Positions 20,303-30,191 of a stretch of DNA of 64,000 bases are shown piece after piece. Location: the IMG/VR virus record IMGVR_UViG_3300025631_000005, positions 1 to 64,000 of that record; one strand, 5' to 3'. The position numbers and the translations under genes are program-made. The DNA is from a virus (Duplodnaviria > Caudoviricetes). A model generated the notes under the pieces. The model saw nothing but the letters and a program-made list of their open reading frames with translations. It was not told where the DNA came from and made no database searches. Positions within the stretch are counted from its first letter, which is position 1; every line of letters starts with the position of its first letter.

Positions 20303-21343
20303 ATGCTGAACCCTGAGCTTTACGGTTTGCTTGCCGCCAGATTCGGCTCGGTACTCGTCGCCAAAGAGGGCGAACAGCTCCTGTGGAGGATAAATAAACT
20401 CCCCGACGGTAAAACCCGCCTCGATATTATTGATTTCGGCGAAACCTATCGGGTGTGCTGCCCGTACTGCGCCCAGCGAGGCGATCCGGACAAGCGTTAT
20501 CGTCTCTGGGTCAGCCATGCTTGGGGTACCTACGTCGGAAACGACTTCGTCGGCAAAGTGCCTGTTTGGCATACTGTGACCTGCTTCCATAACGACTGTC
20601 TCGGGACGTACGACGCGAAAATGGACTTTCGCAATATGGTTCTAGGTCCATCTTACGATCCGAGACCGCCGATCTTGTACGACGGCGTCAACGTCGAGCA
20701 GCCCGCCGGCAAGACATATCCCACGCTGCCCGGAGAGTGCCGACCGATTTGCGAATTCAGCCAAGATCATCCGGCGGTCCAGTTCTTAGCCAAGCGTGGA
20801 ATAGACCACAAAGAGGCGTACGACCGGCACAATCTCCATGTGTGTCTGCAATGCGACGAATTTCCGTATATTGCCGGTGGAATCATAATCCCGGTCATCA
20901 TAGACGGCCGGCAGGTCGGCTGGCAGTGCAGAATGCTGCACAGCGATCGGAAATTCCGGTACTTCACACCGCCCGGAATGCAGCTGGCCCGGTTCGTATA
21001 CAACTTCGACAGATGCTTGGAGCTGGACAGGGACTATATCGTGGTAGTGGAGGGGCCGTTCGATGCAATACGGCTTGAAAACGCGGTGGCCCTTTTCGGC
21101 AAGAATATCAGCATCCATCAGCAGTATCTCGTATCGAGATGGCGCCGGTGTGTGGTCTTCTTGGACCCGGACGCCGAAAAGGAGGCGAATGCAGTCGTTG
21201 CGAAGCTTCGGAATATCGGCCTGGCTGCAGCCTCGGTTCGCGGACATGAGGCCGATCCAGCCAAGCTGGACCGCAGCAGAGCGGATGAGCTGATCAGGCA
21301 AGCCCTGGTCGGCATCGACTCGGATGAAAGGAGAATCGTATGA
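20303..21343 (+). CDS. DnaG-like DNA primase
   Basis: CPYC...H...C zinc-binding region; GWQCR; TOPRIM VVEGPFD and VFLDPD. Confidence 0.85.
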   Translation: MLNPELYGLLAARFGSVLVAKEGEQLLWRINKLPDGKTRLDIIDFGETYRVCCPYCAQRGDPDKRYRLWVSHAWGTYVGNDFVGKVPVWHTVTCFHNDCLGTYDAKMDFRNMVLGPSYDPRPPILYDGVNVEQPAGKTYPTLPGECRPICEFSQDHPAVQFLAKRGIDHKEAYDRHNLHVCLQCDEFPYIAGGIIIPVIIDGRQVGWQCRMLHSDRKFRYFTPPGMQLARFVYNFDRCLELDRDYIVVVEGPFDAIRLENAVALFGKNISIHQQYLVSRWRRCVVFLDPDAEKEANAVVAKLRNIGLAAASVRGHEADPAKLDRSRADELIRQALVGIDSDERRIV

Positions 21344-21627
21344 AATGGCGTAGAATCGTCGACAAATCAGGTAGCAAGTCTGTCGTCAAATGGGTGGACG
21401 ACGGTAATCGGTACGTGATCCTGGTTAGTGCGGAACTCGAAGGAGGAAAACTGTACGTGCCGGGAGTTTTCAGCAAGAACGGCGAGGCCGCTTTTCTCGG
21501 GTTTTTTACAAAAACTCTGTCGGACGCCAAAGAAATATGCCGCGTCCACAGCGAAGACCGTGCTGTCGGCCGCCTTTTAGAGCGGTGTGCGAAAGTGATG
21601 CTCGGTATTCTGACGCAGGGGCTGTAA
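21340..21627 (+). CDS. small hypothetical protein
   Basis: SD AAGGAG; ATGA overlap with the primase stop. Confidence 0.55.
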   Translation: MKWRRIVDKSGSKSVVKWVDDGNRYVILVSAELEGGKLYVPGVFSKNGEAAFLGFFTKTLSDAKEICRVHSEDRAVGRLLERCAKVMLGILTQGL

Positions 21628-21700
21628 CTAGGCGGACGTATTGACAAAGGATCCGTTAGAAGCTAAAAAAGTAGCGAGGCGCATCTGAGTGCGACTCTTA

Positions 21701-21720
21701 TTTTGAATCCGGATTCAAAA
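21701..21720. repeat. palindrome copy 5
   Basis: Exact 20-mer, intergenic, upstream of the polymerase. Confidence 0.97.
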
Positions 21721-21740
21721 ATCCGGTGTATTTGCGGCAA

Positions 21741-21769
21741 ATGACAAGCATTATGATTGGAATGATAAT
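21741..21769 (+). promoter_or_regulatory. sigma70-like promoter candidate for the polymerase
   Basis: ATGACA, 17 nt, GATAAT; a second candidate TTGACA(21641)-17-TAAAAA lies upstream of the palindrome. Confidence 0.4.
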
Positions 21770-21780
21770 GATTCAAGCGA

Positions 21781-24700
21781 ATGCTGGAGAGACGAACGAT
21801 GTTCGAGTGCTACGTGTCCGCGTTTGCCCCGGGTCTTCCACCTCCCGGCCAAGCTATACAGGACTGCGCCAAGCTATTGGCCAGTGCACACCCTGGAAAA
21901 TCGGAAAGGTGGCTGATTGAGTATGTGCAGGGGCATGTCCTGTATTCCCGCGGCGGCTTTTTCTTGAGTCTGCCGCTCAATGGGAAACAGGTTATCTACA
22001 ATGTCCTTTCTGGTCATATCTGGGCCCGCCCTGATCTGATAGGCCCCAGGCTGGCAAAAGTCGCTGTTGTCGGCAAAAGGCCCGGATTAGAGGAAATGAC
22101 TCATCTGGCGAACTTCGTCGGGCCTAGCGGTAAACTGCTCCGTCAGGTACTGAAGGACAAGGGCATCCCGGAGACTGAACAGGACTCCTTCTACGTCACA
22201 AACCTCATCAAATGGTACGAGCCGGCTGTCGATAACATACCCCCCGAATGGAGGGCTGTCGCCGTCCCGATTCTTTTCCAGGAATTGGCTATCGTGAAGC
22301 CGGACTATATTCTGGCTCTTGGACTAGAGGCGGCGCAGGTTGTTCTGGGTCAGCGGATTAGTTTGAAGCTGGCTTCAAACAAGGTTCATACGATCCAGTT
22401 GCCTGTCGGCGACGGGACGAAGGAGGTCCTCGTTTTCGTGACCAGACACCCGGCTCAGGTCTGTCGGTCTCCGGAAGCACTACCCCTTCTGCAGAGCGAA
22501 CTGGAGCTGTTCTGCAGTAAATTGGCCGATCGTAAGCCGGTTATCGTGAATGACCAGGTCCAAATCGACGTCATTGCGACAGAAGAAGATCTGGAGCGGG
22601 TCAGAAAAGAGGTCATGTCGTTGCCACCCGTTCGGAGGGTGTCCGTCGACCTCGAGTGGAACCAAGCCTTCCCGTGCCAAAAAGGGGCCTATGTCCGGAC
22701 GGCTCAGATCGCTTGGAAACCGTACCATGCCGCTGTCATTGTCGTCCGACGCCAAGGCGGCGCTGAGGTCCGCCCGGGATGGCAGGAAAAATGCGCCCGA
22801 GTGCTGAAAGAGATTCTCCTGGACCCGCAGACGCAGGTCATAGGTGCTCATATCTCGGCCGACTATCCGTGGCTGAAGCACCTCGGCATCGACCTTCTGG
22901 CCGGTAGGAAGATCGTCCCGGACGATGCGAAAGATCCAGTCTACCCAGGTATCTTCGATATTGCGGTGGCCGAACACGCCATGAACGAGGTCGGTCCGTT
23001 CGATCTGGAGTCCTTGGCTATCGGGCGTTGCGGATTCCGACCCTGGTCACAGGACCTTGAACGATGGATTTCGGCGCATATCGCCGAGCTCGGGATCAAA
23101 GTCAAGGAATTGCCTGGTTACGGCTCATGCCCGGATGAGGTGCTTTACCCCTACGCCGGCTTGGATGCAGCGGCTACCTGGATGACGGCAGACGCGCAGC
23201 AGCAGGCATTACGCCGAGGGGACAGATTCGGAAACGAGTGCATGACGCCGTTCCTGCGAAGCATGAGGGCTTTGGCTGCTTTGATCGAGATCCATGATGT
23301 CGGGATCAAAATAGACCGACAGCAGGTGGATCGGCTCACAGCCTCCTATATGCAAGTAGGCCAGACGCTGCTGGAAGAACTGAGGAGCAAGGCGAACTGG
23401 CCGGCATTCAACCCCAGAAGCCATCCTCAGTCGGTAGAGCTGCTGTTCGGCGAAAAGTACAACAACAAGCTGGACAAGGAAGGCAATCCGGTCAGGCTTC
23501 GACCGGAAGGCGCTATTTCCTTGGCGCTTCAACCTGTTCTGACCACAAGCGGCGACGTCTGGACCGGCGCGCCGACCGACAGACCCAGCACCAACAAGGA
23601 AGTCTGCGGCCTTCTGGCGCCGCAGCATCCTATCGCCAAGCTGCTCCAGGACTGCCGGTTCATCGACCATATCTTGAAAAGCGTGCTGCGGCGCCCGTCC
23701 GAAGATAAAATCGCCAGCGACGGGTCCTGGGCGTACGACGGCGGTATCGGCTCCTTCATCTGCGACGACGGGCGGGTCCACAGCACCTTTGCGCCGCTGC
23801 AGGAGACAGGCCGCAGCAGCAGCTCCAGGCCGCCTCTGCAGAATATCGCCAAACAGCGTGAAGCCGTCTATCAGCAGATAGCCGGCCCGATGTACGTAGC
23901 TCCGCTGCGCAGCATATTCACCGCAGAGCCGGGTTATGTTCTGGTGGAAGCGGATATTTGTTCGGCGGAGTTGGTCTGTCTGGCCGTAGCCGCCACAGAC
24001 AACCTGCTGCTTGAGCATTGCCGCAGATCAGCGCTGCCGGATAATGATCCCGATTACTATGATATTCATAGCAATATCGCTGTAATGGCGTTCGGTCTGA
24101 ATTGTCCGCCGACGAAGAAAGGTTTAGCCTCTATAGGCGCCTCAAGACTGCGGACTGCGGCGAAATCGGTGGTCTACGGCGGTTGGTACGGCAGAGGGCT
24201 GCAAGCGATCGCCAGACAGTGCCAGCAGGAAGGAAACCAGATCACCGAGGAGGAGACCAAGCAGATCTTGGATGCACTGTTCACAACCTACCCGTTGTCT
24301 TACACGTTCATGCAGAAGGTACGCAAGCGCGTTACCGACCCCAGATGGTTGCGGAACTGCTGGGGCAGGGTCAGAAGATTCCCGGAGACGGACGACCCTG
24401 CTACGATCTCGCAGTATGAGAGGGAGGCCCGCAGTTTCGTTCCGCAGTCGATGGTGGCTGACGCGATGAATGTAGCCCTCTATAACCTATACTACCATCC
24501 GAGACGGCAGGAGCTGGGTTATCGAATAGTGTCCCAGATTCACGACGCTTGCCTATTGGAGGTGCCTGTCAAAGCGCTGGATATTGTTTACCATGAGGTT
24601 TTACCGGAATGTATGTGTCGAAACGTGCGGCTCCGAGCTTGCGACTTAGACGGAGTTCCGTACCCTGATCGCCCTGAATATAACTTCGACATTGATCGCG

Positions 24701-24786
24701 GGGTATTTATCAGATGGGGCGTACCTCTGACCGTGGATCAGTGCAAATCTTTAGGTATCGATGTCTCCTACGCAAAGAAAGGATGA
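21781..24786 (+). CDS. polA: family A DNA polymerase with N-terminal uracil-DNA-glycosylase-like domain and 3'-5' exonuclease
   Basis: VVGKRPG..E...FVGPSGKLL...VTNLIK...RHPA (UDG fold); DLEW and YAGLDA (exonuclease); GRSSSSRPPLQNI, EADICSAEL, RTAAKSVVYGGWYG, QIHD (motifs A, B, C). Confidence 0.93.
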   Translation: MLERRTMFECYVSAFAPGLPPPGQAIQDCAKLLASAHPGKSERWLIEYVQGHVLYSRGGFFLSLPLNGKQVIYNVLSGHIWARPDLIGPRLAKVAVVGKRPGLEEMTHLANFVGPSGKLLRQVLKDKGIPETEQDSFYVTNLIKWYEPAVDNIPPEWRAVAVPILFQELAIVKPDYILALGLEAAQVVLGQRISLKLASNKVHTIQLPVGDGTKEVLVFVTRHPAQVCRSPEALPLLQSELELFCSKLADRKPVIVNDQVQIDVIATEEDLERVRKEVMSLPPVRRVSVDLEWNQAFPCQKGAYVRTAQIAWKPYHAAVIVVRRQGGAEVRPGWQEKCARVLKEILLDPQTQVIGAHISADYPWLKHLGIDLLAGRKIVPDDAKDPVYPGIFDIAVAEHAMNEVGPFDLESLAIGRCGFRPWSQDLERWISAHIAELGIKVKELPGYGSCPDEVLYPYAGLDAAATWMTADAQQQALRRGDRFGNECMTPFLRSMRALAALIEIHDVGIKIDRQQVDRLTASYMQVGQTLLEELRSKANWPAFNPRSHPQSVELLFGEKYNNKLDKEGNPVRLRPEGAISLALQPVLTTSGDVWTGAPTDRPSTNKEVCGLLAPQHPIAKLLQDCRFIDHILKSVLRRPSEDKIASDGSWAYDGGIGSFICDDGRVHSTFAPLQETGRSSSSRPPLQNIAKQREAVYQQIAGPMYVAPLRSIFTAEPGYVLVEADICSAELVCLAVAATDNLLLEHCRRSALPDNDPDYYDIHSNIAVMAFGLNCPPTKKGLASIGASRLRTAAKSVVYGGWYGRGLQAIARQCQQEGNQITEEETKQILDALFTTYPLSYTFMQKVRKRVTDPRWLRNCWGRVRRFPETDDPATISQYEREARSFVPQSMVADAMNVALYNLYYHPRRQELGYRIVSQIHDACLLEVPVKALDIVYHEVLPECMCRNVRLRACDLDGVPYPDRPEYNFDIDRGVFIRWGVPLTVDQCKSLGIDVSYAKKG

Positions 24787-25952
24787 ATGAAATGAGTGAA
24801 CCGCATGAAACAGGTGGAATGCAGCATCGCATGAGCTTTGTGCCCGAATTGTACGGCGCCAGGCTGGTCAAACCGGAACTGGAAGACATTTACCCGGTCT
24901 TCTGGCCGAACTGGCCGGATGTCGACGGTACGTTTACTCGAAATATCTTTCGGTTCCTCCCGATCTCCAGCGATTGTCCAACTTTCTGGGAGGACGGCAG
25001 AGTCGGGCCGTGGCTCTACGCCGGATACGGCGGCCAGATATTTACCGCGTCCACCAGAGTGGTTTTCCTTCTCGGGGACAGCAGAAAACACACCGAGTAC
25101 GCTATTCGTCAATCGCCGTACTGGGTTTTGTACGACCGGGTCGTTCAAGCCGTCAGCGCCGGTTCTTATCCGCAATGGCGGGCGATGAACCTGGTGCGCC
25201 TGCGAAGCGACGACTTCGACCGGACCAAACCGCCCGTTCTTCAGAAACCGTCGATGCTGTTCCTGGCGCAAGTCCAGGTTGTAAGTCATAGTGACTATCA
25301 GGAGACCGGAGGTAAGTATAACCCAAGGTCTCCAGTTTGCCTCCTTGCAATGAGAGGCAACATTGGATGGACGCTAATCAGCGCCATTCGCCAGTTCCGC
25401 AGGAACCCTGCCTACAAGGACATCCTGGATCCGGAACACGGCGTATTGATAGAATTCCGACCTGCGACAGGCGGGATTCCACCGAAACCGGGGTGTTTTA
25501 CTTTCCCGGTGAATGTTGGTTATTGCATTGATATCCATACAGACACCGATGCGCCAGTTGCACGGGATATTCTTGAGCAGACGAAATGGTGGTTCGATCT
25601 GCTTCATTTTCCGTCTGAAGAGGAACAGGTCCGTTGGCTGACCAGTCTTCTGCCAACCGACGTGACCAATTATGCGTTCAGGCGTACCACTTATGAACAA
25701 TTTATACCGGGAGGAACACCAGATGGTGGAGTTCTTACGAGAGATTATGCGCCTGATGGAGACCGTGGCGGAGTTCGTAGCAATGCTGATCGGTCAGCCG
25801 GATATACGCAACAGACTCCGGTAGCGTCGCCTAACATGAAAGCTGGCGCATTGCAGTCTGACGTCGACCTGGACAGCGCTTTGAATGAAGTGCTGAATCG
25901 TATCGAGGCTACATTGAATAAGCCCGAAAATCCAGGCGGCGAAAAGCAGTAG
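24783..25952 (+). CDS. hypothetical replication protein (SSB-like by position only)
   Basis: ATG overlaps the polymerase stop; aromatic-rich body and low-complexity tail; no diagnostic motif recognised. Confidence 0.4.
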   Translation: MNEMSEPHETGGMQHRMSFVPELYGARLVKPELEDIYPVFWPNWPDVDGTFTRNIFRFLPISSDCPTFWEDGRVGPWLYAGYGGQIFTASTRVVFLLGDSRKHTEYAIRQSPYWVLYDRVVQAVSAGSYPQWRAMNLVRLRSDDFDRTKPPVLQKPSMLFLAQVQVVSHSDYQETGGKYNPRSPVCLLAMRGNIGWTLISAIRQFRRNPAYKDILDPEHGVLIEFRPATGGIPPKPGCFTFPVNVGYCIDIHTDTDAPVARDILEQTKWWFDLLHFPSEEEQVRWLTSLLPTDVTNYAFRRTTYEQFIPGGTPDGGVLTRDYAPDGDRGGVRSNADRSAGYTQQTPVASPNMKAGALQSDVDLDSALNEVLNRIEATLNKPENPGGEKQ

Positions 25953-25966
25953 TTGACGGTATTTCT

Positions 25967-26007
25967 GCGGGTTGGTTCGGCAGTCGGCCGAACCAACCTG
26001 CTTTTTT
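25967..26007 (+). terminator. intrinsic terminator with AGTCG loop
   Basis: GCGGGTTGGTTCGGC-agtcg-GCCGAACCAACCTGC (15 bp, one G-U), then TTTTTT. Confidence 0.85.
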
Positions 26008-26039
26008 CGTCTTGTTCCTTATTCACCGAGGACGCCTAT

Positions 26040-27350
26040 ATGAAGGAGCCAGAAGCGCCTGTGTCCAAGCAAAAGCGCGAAATTGATAACAGCTTGCTGG
26101 CGGCTATCGACTCTATAGCAAGAATGCAGTCGAAGAGAGACCAGCAGGAAGGCAACCTCCCAAGTCTGATCGCCGGTCTTCCTGTCCCGTCTTTGGCTTT
26201 CCGTTATCTGATACAGAATACCACCCTTCCGTTGGGTATGGTGTACCACCTGGTCGGCCCGCCGGCGTCGTTCAAGTCGCTGTTCGGCGCAGAGATCGCC
26301 AGATGGCATCGTCTATGCGGCGGCGCCGCCATTATCTGCGAAGCGGAGACGAAACCTACCCCAATGTTGAGGGGTAGCGTACTGGACCACGACTTTTCAC
26401 GGATTTATATTCGTGAGTGTCAGCACCTGGAGCAATGGCAGAAGACGATCACCGACTACCTGAAAGAGATCAGGAAAGTGATCGAAAACGACCCGGAATC
26501 AGCCGTGCCGGTGGCGTTCGTCATCGACAGCTACATGGGTAAAATGCCTCTATGCTTGCTGGAAGAAGTCAGACGGCGCGGGTACGCGGAACGGCATTTC
26601 GGGATAGCCGCCATGCTGATAGGCGATTGGCTCAGTGCGGCTACATCGTTTCTGCAAGGACTGCCGGTGACGATTGTCGGTATCAACCATCTGAAACAGA
26701 CCACGCATCCGATCACACAGCGGCCTATCTATAGGACGCCTGGCGGGCAGTTCCTGCAGCACCAGAACGTTATTGAGATCCGAATCAGCCGTAGTAAGAC
26801 TGTCTATAAGCGTCACGAGGATACGGAGTACCTGGAAACCATCGTCCAGCTGTACACGTCCAAAAACTCCCGCGGCGCTCAGGATAAGCAGATCCAGGTG
26901 CCTCTTCGGCAATGGAATGAGGTGATCGACGGTGAAGTGAAGCTGTTCAGCAACTTCGACTGGTGGGCGGCGACGACCTACATGCTGTATGACGGTACCG
27001 GCATGGGGTCGCAAGACAGGACCGCACTTCTGCCGAAGATAAAGAAGGTCGTCGATATCCAGAAAAGATCGAGAGGAGACCTGTACTGGTGCAAAAGCCT
27101 CGGCGTCTCGAAAGATAACGCCATCTCGGCGCATGAGATGGGTGTTCTGGTCGAAGAGAACACGGAGTTGCAGACGGAATTGTGTCTAGCGCTCGGTATC
27201 TGCAAACTACCTGTCTGGAATGAGCAGAGTCTCGCAACCGTCAAGCCGTACTACACCAGATCGCTTGTCGTCAACGGCGAGGAGGAAGATCGGTATTCGG
27301 TCGAGATGGAAGCGATTGAGGTGCTCGAGGACGATGTAAGCCTTGCGTAA
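26040..27350 (+). CDS. RecA/UvsX-like recombinase
   Basis: GLPLG-like TLPLG, P-loop VGPPASFKS, CEAE, FVIDSY, INH, TPGG, SKN. Confidence 0.78.
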   Translation: MKEPEAPVSKQKREIDNSLLAAIDSIARMQSKRDQQEGNLPSLIAGLPVPSLAFRYLIQNTTLPLGMVYHLVGPPASFKSLFGAEIARWHRLCGGAAIICEAETKPTPMLRGSVLDHDFSRIYIRECQHLEQWQKTITDYLKEIRKVIENDPESAVPVAFVIDSYMGKMPLCLLEEVRRRGYAERHFGIAAMLIGDWLSAATSFLQGLPVTIVGINHLKQTTHPITQRPIYRTPGGQFLQHQNVIEIRISRSKTVYKRHEDTEYLETIVQLYTSKNSRGAQDKQIQVPLRQWNEVIDGEVKLFSNFDWWAATTYMLYDGTGMGSQDRTALLPKIKKVVDIQKRSRGDLYWCKSLGVSKDNAISAHEMGVLVEENTELQTELCLALGICKLPVWNEQSLATVKPYYTRSLVVNGEEEDRYSVEMEAIEVLEDDVSLA

Positions 27351-28534
27351 TGGGGTGTTTTATGTCGCTTCCTAAGATTATTCAAGCCTGGCGCAAGAAA
27401 GGAGACAGCATCCTATGCATATTGGATGATACAAAGGTGCTGACGAAGCTGGTCGGCTTCGATGTCATTCATGTACCGTATGCTAACGCCGAAAAACAAC
27501 TCAAAAAGCTGGCGAAGCGGGCATTCGAGTGCGTCGTTATGTCGCCGCTTCGCGAAGAACTGTTACCGGCGGTTTGCGGCGTCGTCAAACCGAACGGGCT
27601 GCTGATTCTTGAGTTCTTGGACAGGGAGGATTGGTTCGGACGTAGCAGTGAGCTGCTGCAGAAATTGAAGCAACTCGGGTTTTCATCGACCCAAGTCGTA
27701 CCCTGTCGCAAGAAACGTAGAGGCGCTCAACTGCTGTGGTATGTCTTTATAGCCGAGTCTGCAAAAGGAGAAAAAATGACCGACTTAGTACCTTTCGAAC
27801 GGGAATCGGATGATATTACAATCCCTGCGAAGGAAGCGTGGGAGCAGTTGGACGAGTTCGAGAAGGCCCGCGTCAACGAGCTGTCTAGCCTCATCAACAG
27901 CCGGATTCTGGAGGTTGTCAACTGGGGTTGGAAGGTCGGGACAATCGTGGCGCAAATCCAGCGACACAGCAGGTCGCAGGATCGACTTCAGCTCGTCGCC
28001 GCGGCTTTGGGCCTCAAAAGCACTCGCAGTCTGCACTACGCCGTCAGCGTCGTCGATCGTTGGGAGACCAAGGAACGCTTCGACAAACTTGTGCAAGCGG
28101 CCACTTACAACGGCAGAACGCTGTCATTTTCCCATCTGGTGGTTCTGAGCGACATCATCGATGACGATGAGGCGTTCGAATACGCCAGGGAGGCTATCAA
28201 AAACGCCTACGACTATCGGACGCTCAAAAGCCTCATTCGCGGTGACGAGGAGCGGCAGCCCAGAGGGCCTGGGCGGCTGCCCGGCATACCGAAGAGTGTA
28301 GAAGCCTGCATACCGGCTATCCTGAGGGATGTTACTGCGATGCGTAATCGCTTGGAGCGTTCCTGGCTGGCGGACGAGTTCAACGTCATTGAAGAGCTCA
28401 GCCAGATGCCGGAGATACCTACCAACATGCTGAGGAGTCTCAAACAGCTGCTAGAGCACGCGAAATCTGTCAAAGAGCAGATTGGCTTGCTCATCGAAGG
28501 AATTCAAGGCATTGTAGGCAATCGCAAGCATTAG
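27350..28534 (+). CDS. hypothetical two-part protein (methyltransferase-fold-like fragment plus helical domain; possible internal start 27776)
   Basis: GVVKPNGLLIL...LKQLGF resembles the class I MTase C-terminal half; in-frame ATG 27776 has SD AAGGAG. Confidence 0.45.
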   Translation: MGCFMSLPKIIQAWRKKGDSILCILDDTKVLTKLVGFDVIHVPYANAEKQLKKLAKRAFECVVMSPLREELLPAVCGVVKPNGLLILEFLDREDWFGRSSELLQKLKQLGFSSTQVVPCRKKRRGAQLLWYVFIAESAKGEKMTDLVPFERESDDITIPAKEAWEQLDEFEKARVNELSSLINSRILEVVNWGWKVGTIVAQIQRHSRSQDRLQLVAAALGLKSTRSLHYAVSVVDRWETKERFDKLVQAATYNGRTLSFSHLVVLSDIIDDDEAFEYAREAIKNAYDYRTLKSLIRGDEERQPRGPGRLPGIPKSVEACIPAILRDVTAMRNRLERSWLADEFNVIEELSQMPEIPTNMLRSLKQLLEHAKSVKEQIGLLIEGIQGIVGNRKH

Positions 28535-28589
28535 CGACGGTAAAGGGTGCAGTCTAGCACCCATATTTGTTTTTAGCTCGGCTGCATTT

Positions 28590-29324
28590 ATGTTGATATT
28601 CAACGGTTATGTATGTCCGCCGTATCGGCTGAAACCGATACGTCAGAAGGCCAACAAGGTCTACTCGCTTCTGGTGAAGTTCCTGGACAGCAAGCTCGAC
28701 GACGCCAACTATGAAGAGGTATGCCATCGAATAGCGGCTGGGCTCGATTGCGGCAAGGAAGTGGTACTGCTCTCCATGCAGCCGTTCCGCGGCGCGACCA
28801 TGTCGAAGCCGTTTTTGGAGTCTTTGGCATGGAAGTTTGCGGCGTCCCAACGCAGTATGCAGCGAGGCGTACCGTTAATACCGACGCCGGTTCTTATCCC
28901 GGGTTGGTCGTATTGCCAGATCATAAACGGCCGTAGTCTGGTGTCCGGGATGATCGAGCTGGTCTACTATGTATTGACCGGACCTGCAGTCGGCGGCCAC
29001 GTGGTCGAGAAGCTGACTGTGCCGCAGTTCAACGCTATCCGATGGAAACTGACGCGCCGGATAGGCAAGAGCCACCAACTGCGGCCGGTCGATATGCAGG
29101 GGATGCTGTTCGCCGCTTTTCTGCTCTCAGACGAAGGCCGTACCAGGATGGCATGGAAGTCCATAAGCACCACGCCGTTCATGTTCAAGCGGAATCGTAA
29201 GATCATGTCCTGCATCTTCGATGCCAGACAGAGCAAATCCACGATCCGCCTTAAGAACGTCTTCTTCCTGCCTGTAGATATGGATGGCGTTGCGACGCAG
29301 GATCTGATTCTCTACCCGGATTGA
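28590..29324 (+). CDS. hypothetical protein
   Basis: 244-aa ORF, same strand and packing as its neighbours. Confidence 0.55.
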   Translation: MLIFNGYVCPPYRLKPIRQKANKVYSLLVKFLDSKLDDANYEEVCHRIAAGLDCGKEVVLLSMQPFRGATMSKPFLESLAWKFAASQRSMQRGVPLIPTPVLIPGWSYCQIINGRSLVSGMIELVYYVLTGPAVGGHVVEKLTVPQFNAIRWKLTRRIGKSHQLRPVDMQGMLFAAFLLSDEGRTRMAWKSISTTPFMFKRNRKIMSCIFDARQSKSTIRLKNVFFLPVDMDGVATQDLILYPD

Positions 29325-29345
29325 CCCATTTTCAGGAGGTCGACT

Positions 29346-29690
29346 ATGATGGAGTCTGAGCAGTTTGTTGGGTTCGATCAGACCGGAAGGCTACGGAGCG
29401 GCGACGGGCCTATCGCTCAATATGTCCGTCGTCGTATGGCCCTTGCCGACCGGTATTGGGACGGGCTGCTGTCAGCCCTGCGACGCCTTGCGGCAGCCGT
29501 CTTTCTTTTTCCCGTCATCTGGCATGTCTGCTGGCTGGCGGCTCGTGAAGCATCTGTAGAGATCGAACGGCTGAGGTATGAGGTGAGACCGCGACAGGCG
29601 GATGGCGGGAGCTACGACGCGGTAGAAAAACCGAGCCGTCCGAACAGGTTTAGACAGATAGGCGGCTTTTTGACTTTGGACCCGTTATGA
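29346..29690 (+). CDS. small hypothetical protein, possible single TM segment
   Basis: SD AGGAGG; hydrophobic LAAAVFLFPVIWHVCWLAA. Confidence 0.5.
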   Translation: MMESEQFVGFDQTGRLRSGDGPIAQYVRRRMALADRYWDGLLSALRRLAAAVFLFPVIWHVCWLAAREASVEIERLRYEVRPRQADGGSYDAVEKPSRPNRFRQIGGFLTLDPL

Positions 29691-29696
29691 TACAAT
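29688..29696 (+). promoter_or_regulatory. extended -10 promoter
   Basis: TGA-TACAAT (TGn-TAnnAT), TTGACT at 29670; gene 29726 with SD AGGAGG follows. Confidence 0.5.
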
Positions 29697-29725
29697 ACCA
29701 GAGCTAAACACTAGGAGGCTGCGAA

Positions 29726-30190
29726 ATGCTTCAACTTCGCCCTGCCGGTACAGACACCCTTTTCTACAGCCCCGACAGAGATCTGGCCATCGTCGGAATA
29801 GGGTTGTTAAGAGCTTCCGCTATTTTGATGGATTCCCAGAGGGAACCGTGGTTTCAAGCCTTCCTGAATCAGAACGGCGTCAGCGACCAGATGCTGGCTG
29901 ACGGGATGCAGAAGGTAGCCGTCGCTTCCTCCTACTTTAAGGACAGACCGGGACAGGCGCTGAAAAAAGCCGGGTTCTACTCCCTGCCATGGGCTGTCCA
30001 GGCCGCTATTTTTATGAAAATGGGCCAGGTGCTCTACAGCGCCGTCCATACCAGCCGTAGATCCAGCTTCAGCGCGGATGCGGATAGATTGCCTGTCGGC
30101 TCTGACCCGATCGAGGAGCAGGCCAAGAGGTTAATGGAGCAAGCCAAGATCGAGATTTTGAATCCGGATTCAAAAAGTTCGACTACGTGA
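29726..30190 (+). CDS. hypothetical protein
   Basis: SD AGGAGG; ends EILNPDSKSSTT, encoded by palindrome copy 6. Confidence 0.6.
   Translation: MLQLRPAGTDTLFYSPDRDLAIVGIGLLRASAILMDSQREPWFQAFLNQNGVSDQMLADGMQKVAVASSYFKDRPGQALKKAGFYSLPWAVQAAIFMKMGQVLYSAVHTSRRSSFSADADRLPVGSDPIEEQAKRLMEQAKIEILNPDSKSSTT
30156..30175. repeat. palindrome copy 6
   Basis: Exact 20-mer, in frame at the 3' end of ORF 29726; left flank CGAGA is shared with copy 8. Confidence 0.97.
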
Positions 30191-30191
30191 C

